NCBI GenBank assembly: GCA_031835245.2
Contig: JAVKOQ020000087.1
Location: 62,001-126,000, forward strand
DNA length: 64,000 nucleotides
Origin: Balamuthia mandrillaris
Lineage: Eukaryota
Direction of reading: 5' to 3'
Shown one piece after another: positions 52,601 to 64,000 of the stretch. The position numbers were made by a program, and so were the translations under genes. Under the pieces are notes generated by a model that made no database searches, was not told the origin of the DNA, and saw only the letters and a list, made by a program, of their open reading frames with translations. Positions within the stretch are counted from its first letter, which is position 1. Each line of letters begins with the position of its first letter.

Positions 52601-54131
52601 TCTTCTATAGGCCAACCGAAGGTCGCTCTGGAGCTTCTTGTTGAGGGCGTTCTGTTGCTTGAGCTGAGCCTCCAAGGATTGAACGTGGTCCAACGCCTTC
52701 GCCAAGTCTTGTTGCACCTTCTCCGTCTCTGCCCGATTGTTTTCGAGTTGCGCTTGCAGAGCTTTGTTGGAGTCTTGGTTGAGCTGCTCCCGCTCTCCTA
52801 AAGCGTGCAGCTCTTGTTTAACCTGCTCGTAGAGTTGCAAGTACTGTGTCTCTCGCTCCTGGAATTTTTGTTGCTCCTCCTCACGAATGGATACCATCTT
52901 GGCTTCCAAGGCCGAGAGGTCCGCATCCTTTTGAGTGAGACAAGTTTGCAGCTGTTTGAGTAGCATTTCGTGTTCCACCAAACTGGACTGTAGGCGCGCT
53001 TTGGCTTCTTCCAAACCTTGCAGCTTGTTCTGGAGGCTGGTATTCTCTTCTCGGAGCAAGTCATTGCTTATACTGGCGCTCTCCAATCGCTCCTCCAAGC
53101 TGCATTTCAATGCCTTGAACTTCAGTAAAGGACAACAAACAACAAAAAGAAAAACAAAACACAACATTGTGCAGTGGTACCGTACTTTTGTTCAGAGGCA
53201 CAACTAGAAGAAGCACCTTTGCTTGTATGGTTTATCAAACGCTCTTCCAACTGTTTGATCCTGTCTTCCTTCTCCTTGGTGTCAGCGACCAGTTTTTCTT
53301 TGTCTAGCGATAGCATTGCAACTTGTTTGTTGTGAGCCTCTTCGGCCTGTTGAAGTTTGAGGCGAAGCTCTTCAAACTCTTCCTGTGACGGCCGCAACTC
53401 CTCAAGAGGCTGTGACGTAAACAAAAAAGCATGCAAAAGAGAATATAGCAAATGAGTTTTTTGAAGAAAAAAAAGGATTCTAGAGGCCAACGACACAGGT
53501 ACCTGTAGAACAGGCTGGGTATTGCGTAATGTTTCGACTTCTGTTTGCACAGCTGTGTACTTGCTTTGAAGGGCTTCATAGTCGGAGGATACACCATTCA
53601 TACGAGATAGAAGGGCTTCGTGTTCCTGATATGACAATGTGTAAACGCAACAGCAGCCACAATCACAAGGAAAAAGGAAACGACAATACTATCGGCACTC
53701 ACCTGTTTCAAGTTCTTGTAACATTCAAAGTTTTGCTTGAAACGCTCCGCCTGAGCCATGTACTTTTGTTTCCATTCGTTTGCTTTGACCGTGTCAGCAT
53801 CGCTCTGGCTTTGCAGTGCTGCGATAGTGGCATCTTTTTGCTCACACTCCTCCTTCAGTTTCTCAAACCGAGCAGTTACGTCCTTGAGGCGGTTGGACTT
53901 GGCCAAGAAAGAGAAGTAGAGCATCTTTCCCTGCTCCGTGATCCGCGTGCACTCCTCCTCGTAAGCCTTTACGTTCTCTTGCTCGTTGATTAATTGGTTT
54001 CGTAAGGAGCGAAGCAACCTCGACTCCTCTCCATTCTCCTCTGTCTCGTTTTCTTCTGGAAGCTCAGCAACTTTTTCTTCCGCTTCCACTTCTTTAAAGT
54101 CGAGAGAGTAGAGATGTGAGAGAGAGAGAGT

Positions 54132-54172
<41 letters not shown>

Positions 54173-54624
54173 GGAAGTAAGGAGAGAAGAGAAGGACAAT
54201 AACAGATGAAGAATAAAGGGATGAAGAGAATCGCACCCTCAGTAGAAGAAGGAACAGGTTGCGTAGCACTATTTTGTGGTCTGCGAACGGGTGTGCGATA
54301 GGCCCGGCGAGGCGGCGTGCAAAAGTCTTCCGGCTTCGATTCTCCATTTGGTAGCGCAAGACTTTTTGTTTCACCCTTGCCAAAGGGAGTGCCAGGCATA
54401 CCTGCGCCATGGCCAGCAAGAGCAGGCCTTGCCGCAGCCTTCAGAGGAGTGCAAGGTCTCTCCAAAACATTTTCAGCAAACTCTTCTTCTGGTTCCTGTG
54501 CGCGAGTTTTGTTGTTGTGGAACACTGAGAATCAAAGAAAAAACTTTTTGCGGCGTGATTAAACATTCCATACCTCCACGATCGCACCGGTCCGGCGGTC
54601 CACAGGAACATCCTCGGCTTCCAT
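49628..54624 (-). CDS. Large coiled-coil protein with N-terminal CDK consensus sites
   Basis: Long E/Q/L/K heptad-rich ORFs (383, 214 and 622 aa segments) linked by GT-AG introns; first exon MEAEDVPVDRRTGAIVE. Confidence 0.75.
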
Positions 54625-54820
54625 CTGTTCTCCTCGTTAGTCTCTTCTTTACAGTCAATCAACCGAACCGATTTTTTTTTCAGTGATTATTTTTTTGATT
54701 CTTCGCCCCCTCTTTTCTCCTATACGCTCCCCGCACTCGCCACCATTAGAACGAAAAAAAAAAAACTTGCCCGAACCACCACTCCCCTTGACTTTTCGGA
54801 AATACAAGACAAAAAAAAAA

Positions 54821-54875
54821 GGCGGGAAACTGTTTCCTCCTAACCGTCATGACTGCGGTGGTCGCTTCCCGCCAA
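54821..54875. promoter_or_regulatory. Two oppositely oriented E2F-like sites
   Basis: GGCGGGAAA (54821) and TTCCCGCCAA (54866), upstream of the coiled-coil gene. Confidence 0.4.
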
Positions 54876-55227
54876 TTTTTGGTTTTTTATTGTCGACACC
54901 GGGTTCGATCCAGGTGATCTTGTCGACAACGTGGGAGCTAAAAGGCGGCAGGTGGTGCATTTCGCGAGTATTAAACATTCGAGGGTTCGTTAAAATGAAC
55001 TTTGCCAGCATTGGTGGATTTGCTGTTAATAAAACAAAATGTTCGTATCCATGCTCTCTGCTTTATTTTTAAAAAAATGAGAAACAATTTTAGAAAAAAT
55101 TTGCTTAATGACTTGACTCCCAATAAAACGGTATACGGAAACAAAATTGGCTAGGTGCGCCCATTTGAATATTTTCAAAAAAATAGAGTTGTTCTTTCTC
55201 GATTCCATTAGCATTTACGGGCAAAAC

Positions 55228-55264
<37 letters not shown>

Positions 55265-55471
55265 CAGCAAAAAAAGTCAACCCCCTTTTTTGAACGCCAG
55301 CAATTCTTTTTATATTGCGCTCTCAATTGTTTTATATTTTCGTTCCACCAATATTATTTTTTTCTCGCCTCACTTTTCTGGCCTTCTTTCTCTCTTTATT
55401 CTTTTAAAACAAAGCAATACACAACACACTGCAGAACAATAGGCAGAATACAACCGCTTCTACTCCAGTAA

Positions 55472-56413
55472 ATGATGTCGGCCGAGAGACTTTGCACCAG
55501 CCCTCCGCCTTTGTTCATACAACCCATCCCACAGGAGTTAGGCCCCAGCTTTCCTTCGTTTCCTATGTTCCACCCAAAGCCCGAAGTTCCCATTCTGGCT
55601 CCGCCGCGGCCCATCACTCCTCTCATCACAGACTACAACAACAACAACTGGAACGAGGAAGATCACAAACTACAACACTCGAGCTTTCGGCCGATTCAGG
55701 AACAGGAGCAACAACAACGCAAGTGCGAAGAAGACAATAATGATCTACAACAACTCGCTGATGCCGTTCGGACGGAGAAGGAGCAAGAGGACCAGGATGA
55801 CGACCAGGGAGAACAAAACCACAGCACTCCAAGGCAGATGAGCTCCAGCCCACACGAAAGGGAAGCGTTGGATCCTCCGACTCCCATGGTTGCTTCTAGC
55901 TTCTCTTTCGTGCCAGCTTCTTCCTGCCTTCCTTCTGCCTCTTCCATTCTTTCTCATCTTTCCTCTCCTTCCTCGTCTTCTTCCATTCTCCCTGCTCTTC
56001 TATATAACAACAACAACCCGTTTTCGATTTCCTGTGGTTCTATTCCAACTCCTTCTACGTCCTATATTTCTGCTTGTTCCTCGTCTTCTTCTTCTTCTTC
56101 TTCTTCTTCTTCTTCTTCTTCTTCTTCTTCTTCTTCCACGTTGAGACCTTCGTGGAACAAACACACAACTCATGCCACTCACACAACTCGTCGCAAGAGG
56201 GCGACCACTCACCAGCGGAAGATCTTAGAGGACGCCTTTGCGGAGGATCCTCTCCCCAGCCCCAAGAAGAAAGAACGCATTGCCCGACAGGTAGGCCTGA
56301 GCGAGAAGCGTGTCCAGATCTGGTTTCAAAACAGGCGAGCCCAACAGAGAAGAGAACAACGGACGAGAGTGCTTCAACAGCAACAACAAACATCTGACCA
56401 CTTGGTGCCGTAG
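55472..56413 (+). CDS. Homeodomain transcription factor (intronless, Q50)
   Basis: RRKRATTHQRKILEDAF...P.....IARQVGLSEKRVQIWFQNRRAQQRR. Confidence 0.9.
   Translation: MMSAERLCTSPPPLFIQPIPQELGPSFPSFPMFHPKPEVPILAPPRPITPLITDYNNNNWNEEDHKLQHSSFRPIQEQEQQQRKCEEDNNDLQQLADAVRTEKEQEDQDDDQGEQNHSTPRQMSSSPHEREALDPPTPMVASSFSFVPASSCLPSASSILSHLSSPSSSSSILPALLYNNNNPFSISCGSIPTPSTSYISACSSSSSSSSSSSSSSSSSSSSTLRPSWNKHTTHATHTTRRKRATTHQRKILEDAFAEDPLPSPKKKERIARQVGLSEKRVQIWFQNRRAQQRREQRTRVLQQQQQTSDHLVP
56084..56136 (+). repeat. (TCT)n trinucleotide repeat encoding poly-Ser in the homeobox gene
   Basis: Directly visible, in frame. Confidence 0.9.
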
Positions 56414-56568
56414 CATAACCATCAATAAAAATCTCCATGTGCTTACGAAAAGTTTTTTGGCTTGATACAATCTCGCTCACTTGGCCTCGTTCCTTTTCGC
56501 TTTCATAGTTGTTTGATCTAATCGTTCTTTTGCTCTTATAACGATGGTTGTCGCTTATTTGTTGTTAA

Positions 56569-58516
56569 TTACAGCTCTTCGTGAATTATTTGTTCCTTGT
56601 TGTTGTTATCGTTGGCACCTGGTGCAGGTTGGAGGTGCTGTTCAACAAAGTCAATAATGCTGTTTTTTGTTTTGCTTGTTCCAGGATAAAAAACGGAACG
56701 CTCTTTCTTGAGATATTTGCCAGAAGGAAAGAATACGATGGCTGGCAAGTTTCGGGTCTTAAAGTAAAAAAGGGTATTAGTGCTCATAAAGAGCAAAACT
56801 GAGCGAAAAGCGTACATCGCATTGTTCTGGAGGATCCTCTGTGGAGCAATCGTAGGTTGCTATCATAACATCGGTGTCTTCTTTAGTCGCAAAGTAATAG
56901 GCCACTTGGTTATACACGGGGACTAAATCTTTACATGCAGCGCACCTATAATGGGGTAAAGCGTTTGTACAAAGAAATGGTTGAAAAAAATAACACGAGA
57001 GCGGGAATGATTACCCTGCGAGAAAGAAGAAATAAGTAAACCAAAAAGATGGATAAGGAAAGAAGAAAGAGGATAACGTACAGGGAGTGTAGAACTGTAC
57101 AAGAGCAGGTTCAGCAGCTTGAAGAACCTGATGCTCAAACGTGTTTCTCGTCAAGGCAACTGTTGGCCCATCCATATAAACAATAGGCTTGTCACTTGAT
57201 TGCCCTTCTATGTCCTCTCTGAACCCTTCTAAAACTTTCTCTATCCATTTGATCAAAGCCCGCTCCGATATTTCTGTCTTGTCTTTGTCCAAGAATTCTT
57301 GTACCGCCTTTGTGAACAGAAAGAAACGACAAGAAATAAAGAAACGAGAGAGAGAGAGAGAGAGAGAAGCGAATTGTTAATAAGTACAAAAAGAGAAATC
57401 AAAGAAGGAAGTACATTGTGCCGAGTAAGCTTGATAACGGCAAGTGTGGGAACGTCGTCCTCAGTAAGGTTGTAGGAAGGCAACACCTCGCTATATTCCT
57501 TGGTGTCTAAAGTGAGAAAGCCCAACTGGCCGCTGGCACCAAAGTGCTTGGCCAATGCTTTGAAGGTAGATTCCAATTTCTGCAAGTATCACCATTTCGT
57601 GAGAATTTGATTGAAGCGGAGCAGAAGCATAGGATTATAACGTACGTTAGAGGCCTTGGAGTCATCCAAGAAAGCGAGACATGTAGGTTTATCCATCTCC
57701 CATGCGCCTTTGTTTTTTGTTTGAATTAAAAATACCAAAAAGTAAGATAGGAAGCATATTAGCAAAAGTACAAACCATGCAAGTTATCGTAACGCATTTC
57801 ATCCCACAAGGGACGCTTGTGTAGCAATACAAACTCAATGATGCTTTCTCTTGTAAATCTGTCCGTTTCCTCATACTTGATAGTGCGTTCTGCTGGCTTA
57901 AAGATCGCAACAGAGGGTGAACTCTGTAACTTCAAACTCTGTGCCAACTTTTCATCAGAGACTGCATAGAAGGGTATGCTTTGTTGGAAATAACGGGCTG
58001 CGCCTTCGAACTGCCCTGCTTCAGCAGAGGTCAGGTCTTCAAAATATCCAACTACTCTAACCTATTGTTTGTGTTCGTTATAGCAAAAGAAAGAAGGAAA
58101 TAATGAAAACAAAGACGGAAGAATACAACAAGCTGGAGGATATCCTCGCTGAGTGCAGCAGCAGCAGAAGAAGAAGAAGAACACGAACAAGAAGAAGAAC
58201 AAGAACAAGAACAAGAAGAAGAACAAGAAGAACAAGAACGAGCACAATAAGCATTAAAAAAAGTATACTTTACTTTTTCGTAAGCCAAAAAATCTTTTCG
58301 TTGATTCTTGGTTTCGATGGTTCGGGTGGCAGGTATGGTGAGGGATTGAAGGAACTGCAACATGCGCTCCGCAATTCGTTGGCCCATGTATTGCCTTGGT
58401 AGGCCCTCTCTGAGGCACGACCATTGTGAACAAAAACACACGAGAAAGAGAAGACAAGAGCAGGATAAAAAGAGGACAAGCGAAGCGAGAAGGAAGCAAA
58501 GAAGAGAAGATATCAA

Positions 58517-58558
<42 letters not shown>

Positions 58559-59156
58559 ACAGACTAGAGAAAGAATGAAATACCTGAAAACAAAGAGGGC
58601 AGGCAGGTAAGTTACATGGAAGCGAATGGCCAGCTCTTCGCTTTGGTTTACGTCAACAGTGGCAAAGATCACTTTGGAGGTGGAGGCCTTGTGCTCTCGC
58701 CAATACATGGCCAACTCATAAAACTGTTCCAACACGTGGTCACAATCCGGACCGCAGTCTCCTGTTGTGCTTTGGTTGTTTGTTTTTTTTTTTGGAGTGA
58801 GAGAGAGAGAGAGAGAGAGAGAGCATCGTTAGCACTCGTGAAAAGAAGAAAGGAAGAGAAGGATGTAGTTACAACAGAACAAAGCTAAGAATGCCTTGCG
58901 CGGTGGTAGCGAGGAGCAGTTGCTCCATGTCTTCCATGTTGCTAACGACCGCCACGTGTTTGTGGGGTGGGATGGGCTTTGGCGTGAGCTGATGTTCGCG
59001 GCTAGCAGAGGTCCGCCTCTCCGCCGCCATTTCCGCATCAATCTCGTCCACCTCGCCGAGATTTGTGAAAAACTCGTCACCGCCAGCAGTGACCACGACG
59101 GCGGTCAGTCCCGCCAGGAACAACAACAACAAGGCCATCCCCATGAACCGTCTCAT
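56569..59156 (-). CDS. Protein disulfide isomerase-like ER protein (a-b-b'-a' like) containing a putative 1-nt exon
   Basis: Signal peptide; first Trx-like domain with CGPDC; last domain FYTP-W-CAAC; C-terminal HEEL (HDEL-like). Confidence 0.88.
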
Positions 59157-59700
59157 CTTGAGACCCCTGTATTTTTATTATTCTTGCTCGCACGGAAGAG
59201 GACTGCAAGTTATATTCATGACGACGTGGATATAGCCGTAACTAGGAGCACTTATCATCCCCATAACAACAGTTTCATGGCAACGGTTTCTACGTAACCT
59301 GATCCATTATGGAAATCTACCACAAAATCGCCCGCAACAAACGAAAAAAATTGTAGCACTCTCTCTCGACTTCCTTTTGGCGCGCACCGCACCGCACCGC
59401 GAACAAACCGCTGCTCCCTTCCCCCCCAATAAAAGGACCCAACACACACACAACGCGTAGCACGCAAGACTCCCAAAAAAAAGAGAGAGCGAGTTTGAAA
59501 GAGGGGAGAGAAGGAAAGAGGACCGCTACCTGTTTTTTTTTTTATTTTGTTGCAATTTTTGCTTGTCGTTATTGTCTTTCAATCTCTCTTAAGGACCCAA
59601 TCTTTTTTTTTTTCGAGTGCTTCTTCAACTTCTGCCTGCACTGTTTTCTTCTGCTTATCGCTTTTTATTTTTTTTTAATTGTTTTAATTTTTGAGCCACG

Positions 59701-61365
59701 ATGCATAAAGTGTTTGGCCGAAGTAAGGCGAAGGACAAGACCAAAAAGTACATCCAGGGAGAGAACACTCTCTCTGAGAAGCTCAAAGCCCTCAAGCTCT
59801 CAGAGAACATGAGTCTGGAAGACTTTGAGAAAGTCCGAACTTTGGGTACCGCAATTTTCTGGTTTTGCTTTCATCCAAATCTCGTCTAATTTGTTTTTTG
59901 GATTTGCTTGTGATGATGTCAAGGCACGGGAACCTTTGGTCGGGTTTGGTTGGTGAAGCACAAGGCCACTGGCAAGTTCTTTGCCCTGAAGGTGCTGAAG
60001 AAGGTGGAGGTGGTGCGCCTGAAGCAGGTGGACCACATCAAGAACGAAAAGAAGGTGTTGAGCCAAGTGAACTGCCCGTTTATTGTCAACTTGTATGTAG
60101 TCTCACGTTCAATTTTCTTCCTCCCTTCTCTCCCTCTCTCTCATTCTCACAGACATTCTCACTCTCTTCTTTTGTCTTCCCCCGTTCTCTTTTCTGCTCT
60201 CTCTATCTCTCTCTCTCCCTCTCCCTCTCCCTCTCCTTCTCCCTCTCCTCTTCTTTGTCTCCTTTTTTCTCTCTCCTCTTCATAAACTTAACTTGCATTC
60301 TTCCAATGAACTTTGTAGGTATGGCACTTTCCAGGATGACACCAACTTGTACCTCCTGATGGAGTACGTCATTGGAGGAGAAATGTTCTGCCATCTACGA
60401 CGCGCAGGCAGGTTTCCCAACGATACCGCACGTTTCTTTGCTGCTCAGGTAGTCCTCGCACTAGAGCACCTCCACAGCAAAGATATTCTATACAGAGATC
60501 TCAAACCAGAAAACCTTGTATGCTACTGCTTTTCTTTCATTTCTTCTCTCTTTGATTTTTTATTTTGTTTGCTTGCTTTCTTGTTTGTTTGTTGTTGCTA
60601 TTCTTGCTCTTGTTCTTCTTCTATAAGAACTGATTGCATGCTCCTTTGAACAACAAGTTGCTGGACAAAAATGGAAACATCAAAATAGTGGACTTTGGTT
60701 TCGCAAAACACGTGGAAGACAGGACATGGACGTTGTGCGGGACTCCCGAGTACCTGGCTCCTGAAATCATTCAAAGCAAAGGACACGGAAAGGCTGTAGA
60801 TTGGTGGGCTTTGGGCGTACTTATTTTTGAAATGTTGGCTGGGTACGTTACGAAAAGTTGGCCTGAACCCCGAAAGGAGGAGAAGAGTGAAGAGAGAGCG
60901 AGCGAGCGAGAGAGAGAGAGAGAGAGAAGAAAAGAGAGAACGAGGCAAGGGGAGGATAAGGAAAGTGGAGAACACCATAATATGCTAACTTCGGTACCAT
61001 TTATATAAATCAGATATCCTCCATTCTTTGATGATAATCCATTCGGAGTCTATGAGAAGATTCTCGCCAACAGGGTTCACTTCCCTTCTCACTTTGACCC
61101 GGAGGCCAAGGATCTCATCAAGAAGCTCTTGGCAGCGGACCGAACCCGAAGACTTGGCAACTTGCGAGGCGGAGCAAATGACGTCAAGAGCCACTCGTGG
61201 TTTGGCGAGATCGACTGGGAGGAACTGGCCGCTCTGAAGGTCAAACCTCCGCTCACCATCAAGTGCAAGGGAGAGGGCGATACGAGCAACTTTGAGGAGT
61301 ATGAGGAGGTGGAGGAAGAGGTTGTGACGGTGGATCCTTTCAGGTTTATCTTCAAAGACTTTTAG
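59701..61365 (+). CDS. pkaC: cAMP-dependent protein kinase catalytic subunit
   Basis: [57 protein letters not shown], terminal FKDF. Confidence 0.95.
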
Positions 61366-61475
61366 GTAAAGGGCTTTTGTTTTTTTTTTTTCTGTTTGTT
61401 TTGAAAGTTTTTTTTTCAAAAAAATGAAGTGGTTTGTGTTATTCCTATGCGCGCACGGACTGGCAAGCTATCGTA

Positions 61476-61527
<52 letters not shown>

Positions 61528-62262
61528 CTCTCTCGCTCCAAGCTGCTAATGTCGTCATGATCCAAAGACTGGAGAGAGGAAACGAGCGAAGACAAGAGAG
61601 CGCTTAAATTTTTGCAGCGCAAAAAATGAAAGTTAAAAAAATCAGCAATTAAAAAAATAGCACACACAAACAAACAAAAAAACGGATTCTTTGTGGTGAG
61701 TAGCGGATTAGATTTTCTGATTTGTTTGTTTGGTCTTTGTTCTTTGTTCTTTGTTTGTTGGATTGATTGACTCCTTGGAGAAGTTTGTGGCGTGTTACTC
61801 TGTCTCGTTGTTATTTTTAAAATTATTTTATTATTTTTTTTGCTGACATATTTAGCAGACCGGCCAGCCGTTTCGGGAGGGAATTTGATTGCTTGCGTTC
61901 ATACGCCGAACTCGTGGAACGTTCTTTGTGCACCTCCCGTCGCTTCTCGTTTTTTTTTGTTTCTTCTTTGGTTGATTTACTTGCAGGTTTCTATCTCCTT
62001 TTGTTGTTATTTCCCCCTTATTTCCCTCCCTTTTGATTTTTTTTTTCATACTCTCAAAAATAGTGTATTTATTTGTTTGTTTCTTTCCCCCTTTTTTTCC
62101 AGCATCTCTTGTTCGATCTTTTTCATCTTTGTTTTATTTTTTCTAAAAGCTTTGCGTTTGATATATTTTCTTTGTTTCCGTCAGATTAACAGAGGAGAAC
62201 ACAATCTTACTCCCGAACCTATTCGATTACCGAGTACCCACCACCCCAAAAACCCAACAAAA

Positions 62263-63954
62263 ATGCAACACATCAAATGCGTAGTCGTGGGCGACGGTAC
62301 CGTTGGAAAGACCTGTCTGCTAATAGCCTACACCATGAAAGCCTTCCCAACGGACTATGTGCCCACCGTTTTCGACAATTACAACGCGGTCGTGATGTAT
62401 GATGGCATGCCCGTTAACCTTGGACTGTATGTTTTTCCGTCTTTCTTTTTTTTCTTTTTTTTTTCATTTCAAATCTTTTTTGTGTTCCTTTTTTTAACAT
62501 ACAACGTTGTTTGGTTCTTTACTTTTCCTTGTGAACGGCGTTCAGGTGGGATACTGCAGGACAAGATGACTTTCAAGCGATGAGACCCATGTCCTACAAT
62601 AATGCTGATATTTTCCTTGTATTTTTTGCCATTGACAATCCCGTTTCCTTTCAAAATGTTAAAGAAAAGGTTCGGCTATCCTCCTCTTCGCGTTCCTCTC
62701 TCTTCTCTCTCTCTCTCTCTCTCCAAACAAACGAGGCCCGGATTAGAACGTACTCTATATGACCGTGTGGATGACATCACCTTCAAATCAAATTCACAAT
62801 CTGTCGCATGAGCCTCTTCTTCTCCCTTCTCTGCTTGTCTTCTCTCCTTCTCCTTTATTTCTCACACTTAAATACCTTCTCAGTGGATGGACGAAATCAA
62901 TAAGACAGACCCGCACACTCCTCGCCTCCTCGTAGGCACTAAATGCGACTGCCGAGATGACCCGGAGCGATTGGAAGCTTTGAGGGCCAAAGGTATCGAA
63001 CCCATCTCTTGGAAACAGGGCAAGAAAATGGCCAAGGATTGCGGATGTGTTAGCTATATAGAATGTTCCGCCATCAAGAAGAAAGGCTTTCGTGACGTGT
63101 TTGGACAAACCATCTCCGCGATTATTAACCTTCGAAAAGGCAAGCGGCCTGGCAAAGACTGCTGGTCCACCAACTGTACTGAAGTATTTAAGGTGTTAAA
63201 CAAAAAGGTTCGTTAGCCTTGTTTGTTATTGCTTTTATTTCTTTCATCGGGCTAAACATTCTCGTTTTTTTCCTCACTGCGTTTTCTCCTTATTTTCGCA
63301 ATACAACAGAACAAGTGTATAAGATGTCAGCACCAATTTTGCAACAACTGTGTGGTATTATTCCCAAAGGATCACGAGTTTTCCAACAAAATAGTGTGCC
63401 GCAAATGTACATCTTCTCTCTCTCTCTCTTGTCACTCTTTTATTTAATTAAATGCTTATACATTTGTTCTTACTACACCAGGCCGAGACATCACCGATGA
63501 TGAGCCCATTACGCGACCTTTCACTAAGAAGAGGGCTAAGACCAGGTCTTTCAGCAGTGCAGGGAGCAACGATATCAAGGGCGATGAAGTCAGTGGAGCA
63601 GGAGGAGACGGAGCAGAGGGAAGCCAGAAGGACTCTGATATCATGCCTCTCGACAAGGCAAGAATAGAGCAAGCCATGGCACATCAACCCATCAACTCCG
63701 ACACGGGTTCTGACTGGGACTCGGATAGCGATGAAGGTGGGAAGGGCAAAGGCAAAGGCAGAGGAAAGAAGAAGAAGAAGGCCAACCTCAAGGGAAGCTC
63801 GAAGGAGACGCTGAGCAGAAAGAAGTCGGAGAAGAAGGACAGCAAGAGGAGCCTCCGCGAGGAGGCCGAACAGGAAGTTGAGAACGGTGGAGAAGCCGCC
63901 AAGGATTCCAGTTCCTCGCCCCAATCCAACGGCCTTGCTCACTCTCAACAGTGA
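62263..63954 (+). CDS. Rac/Rho GTPase fused to an 8-Cys FYVE-like zinc finger and a charged tail (5 exons)
   Basis: [38 protein letters not shown]; then C..NC, CIRC, CNNC, CRKC; ends AHSQQ. Confidence 0.88.
62733..62816 (+). ncRNA. Candidate intronic box C/D snoRNA
   Basis: Terminal stem GAGGC/GCCTC, 3-nt bulge, C-like GGATTA (62740-45), D' ATGA (62759-62), C' GGATGA (62769-74), D ATGA (62808-11); lies inside Rac intron 2. Confidence 0.55.
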
Positions 63955-64000
63955 GAACCAAATAAGTTAAAAAAACGCAACGAACCTCCATCCCTGCTCC

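Overview
Gene-dense, intron-rich eukaryotic DNA. The gene content (Roco kinase, dst1/SIK1-like STE20 kinase, Ras/Rac/Rab, giant-virus-type ankyrin) and short (CT)n-laden introns point to a free-living amoebozoan, plausibly Balamuthia/Acanthamoeba-like (inference). I assembled 28 protein-coding genes by manual splicing. They include an S8 protease (partial), alpha/beta hydrolase, MYCBP, an HTTM protein, a BioD-like P-loop protein, VMA21, Ras, RPS15A, mitochondrial AlaRS, an atypical Rab, pseudouridine-5'-phosphate glycosidase, Roco, USP, STE20 kinase, a PIMT-like protein, QPRT, FANCD2, an F-box/ankyrin protein, a PhyH-like dioxygenase, a homeobox protein, a PDI-like protein, PKA-C and a Rac-zinc-finger fusion. 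Main observations: (1) an apparent single-nucleotide exon (G57015) is needed to build the Trp of the WCAAC active site of the PDI-like gene; (2) 19 consecutive genes strictly alternate strand, with a palindromic TGTCGACA motif recurring in upstream intervals; (3) a candidate intronic box C/D snoRNA has a compensatory C/D base pair; (4) a Rac with no CaaX is fused to a FYVE-like finger; (5) an intronless giant-virus-like F-box/ankyrin gene; (6) a possible spliced, hairpin-containing minus-strand transcript with no recognisable ORF. CDS coordinates span first codon to stop and include introns. All exon models were read by eye; no searches were run. I saw no rRNA, tRNA, CRISPR array or transposase.
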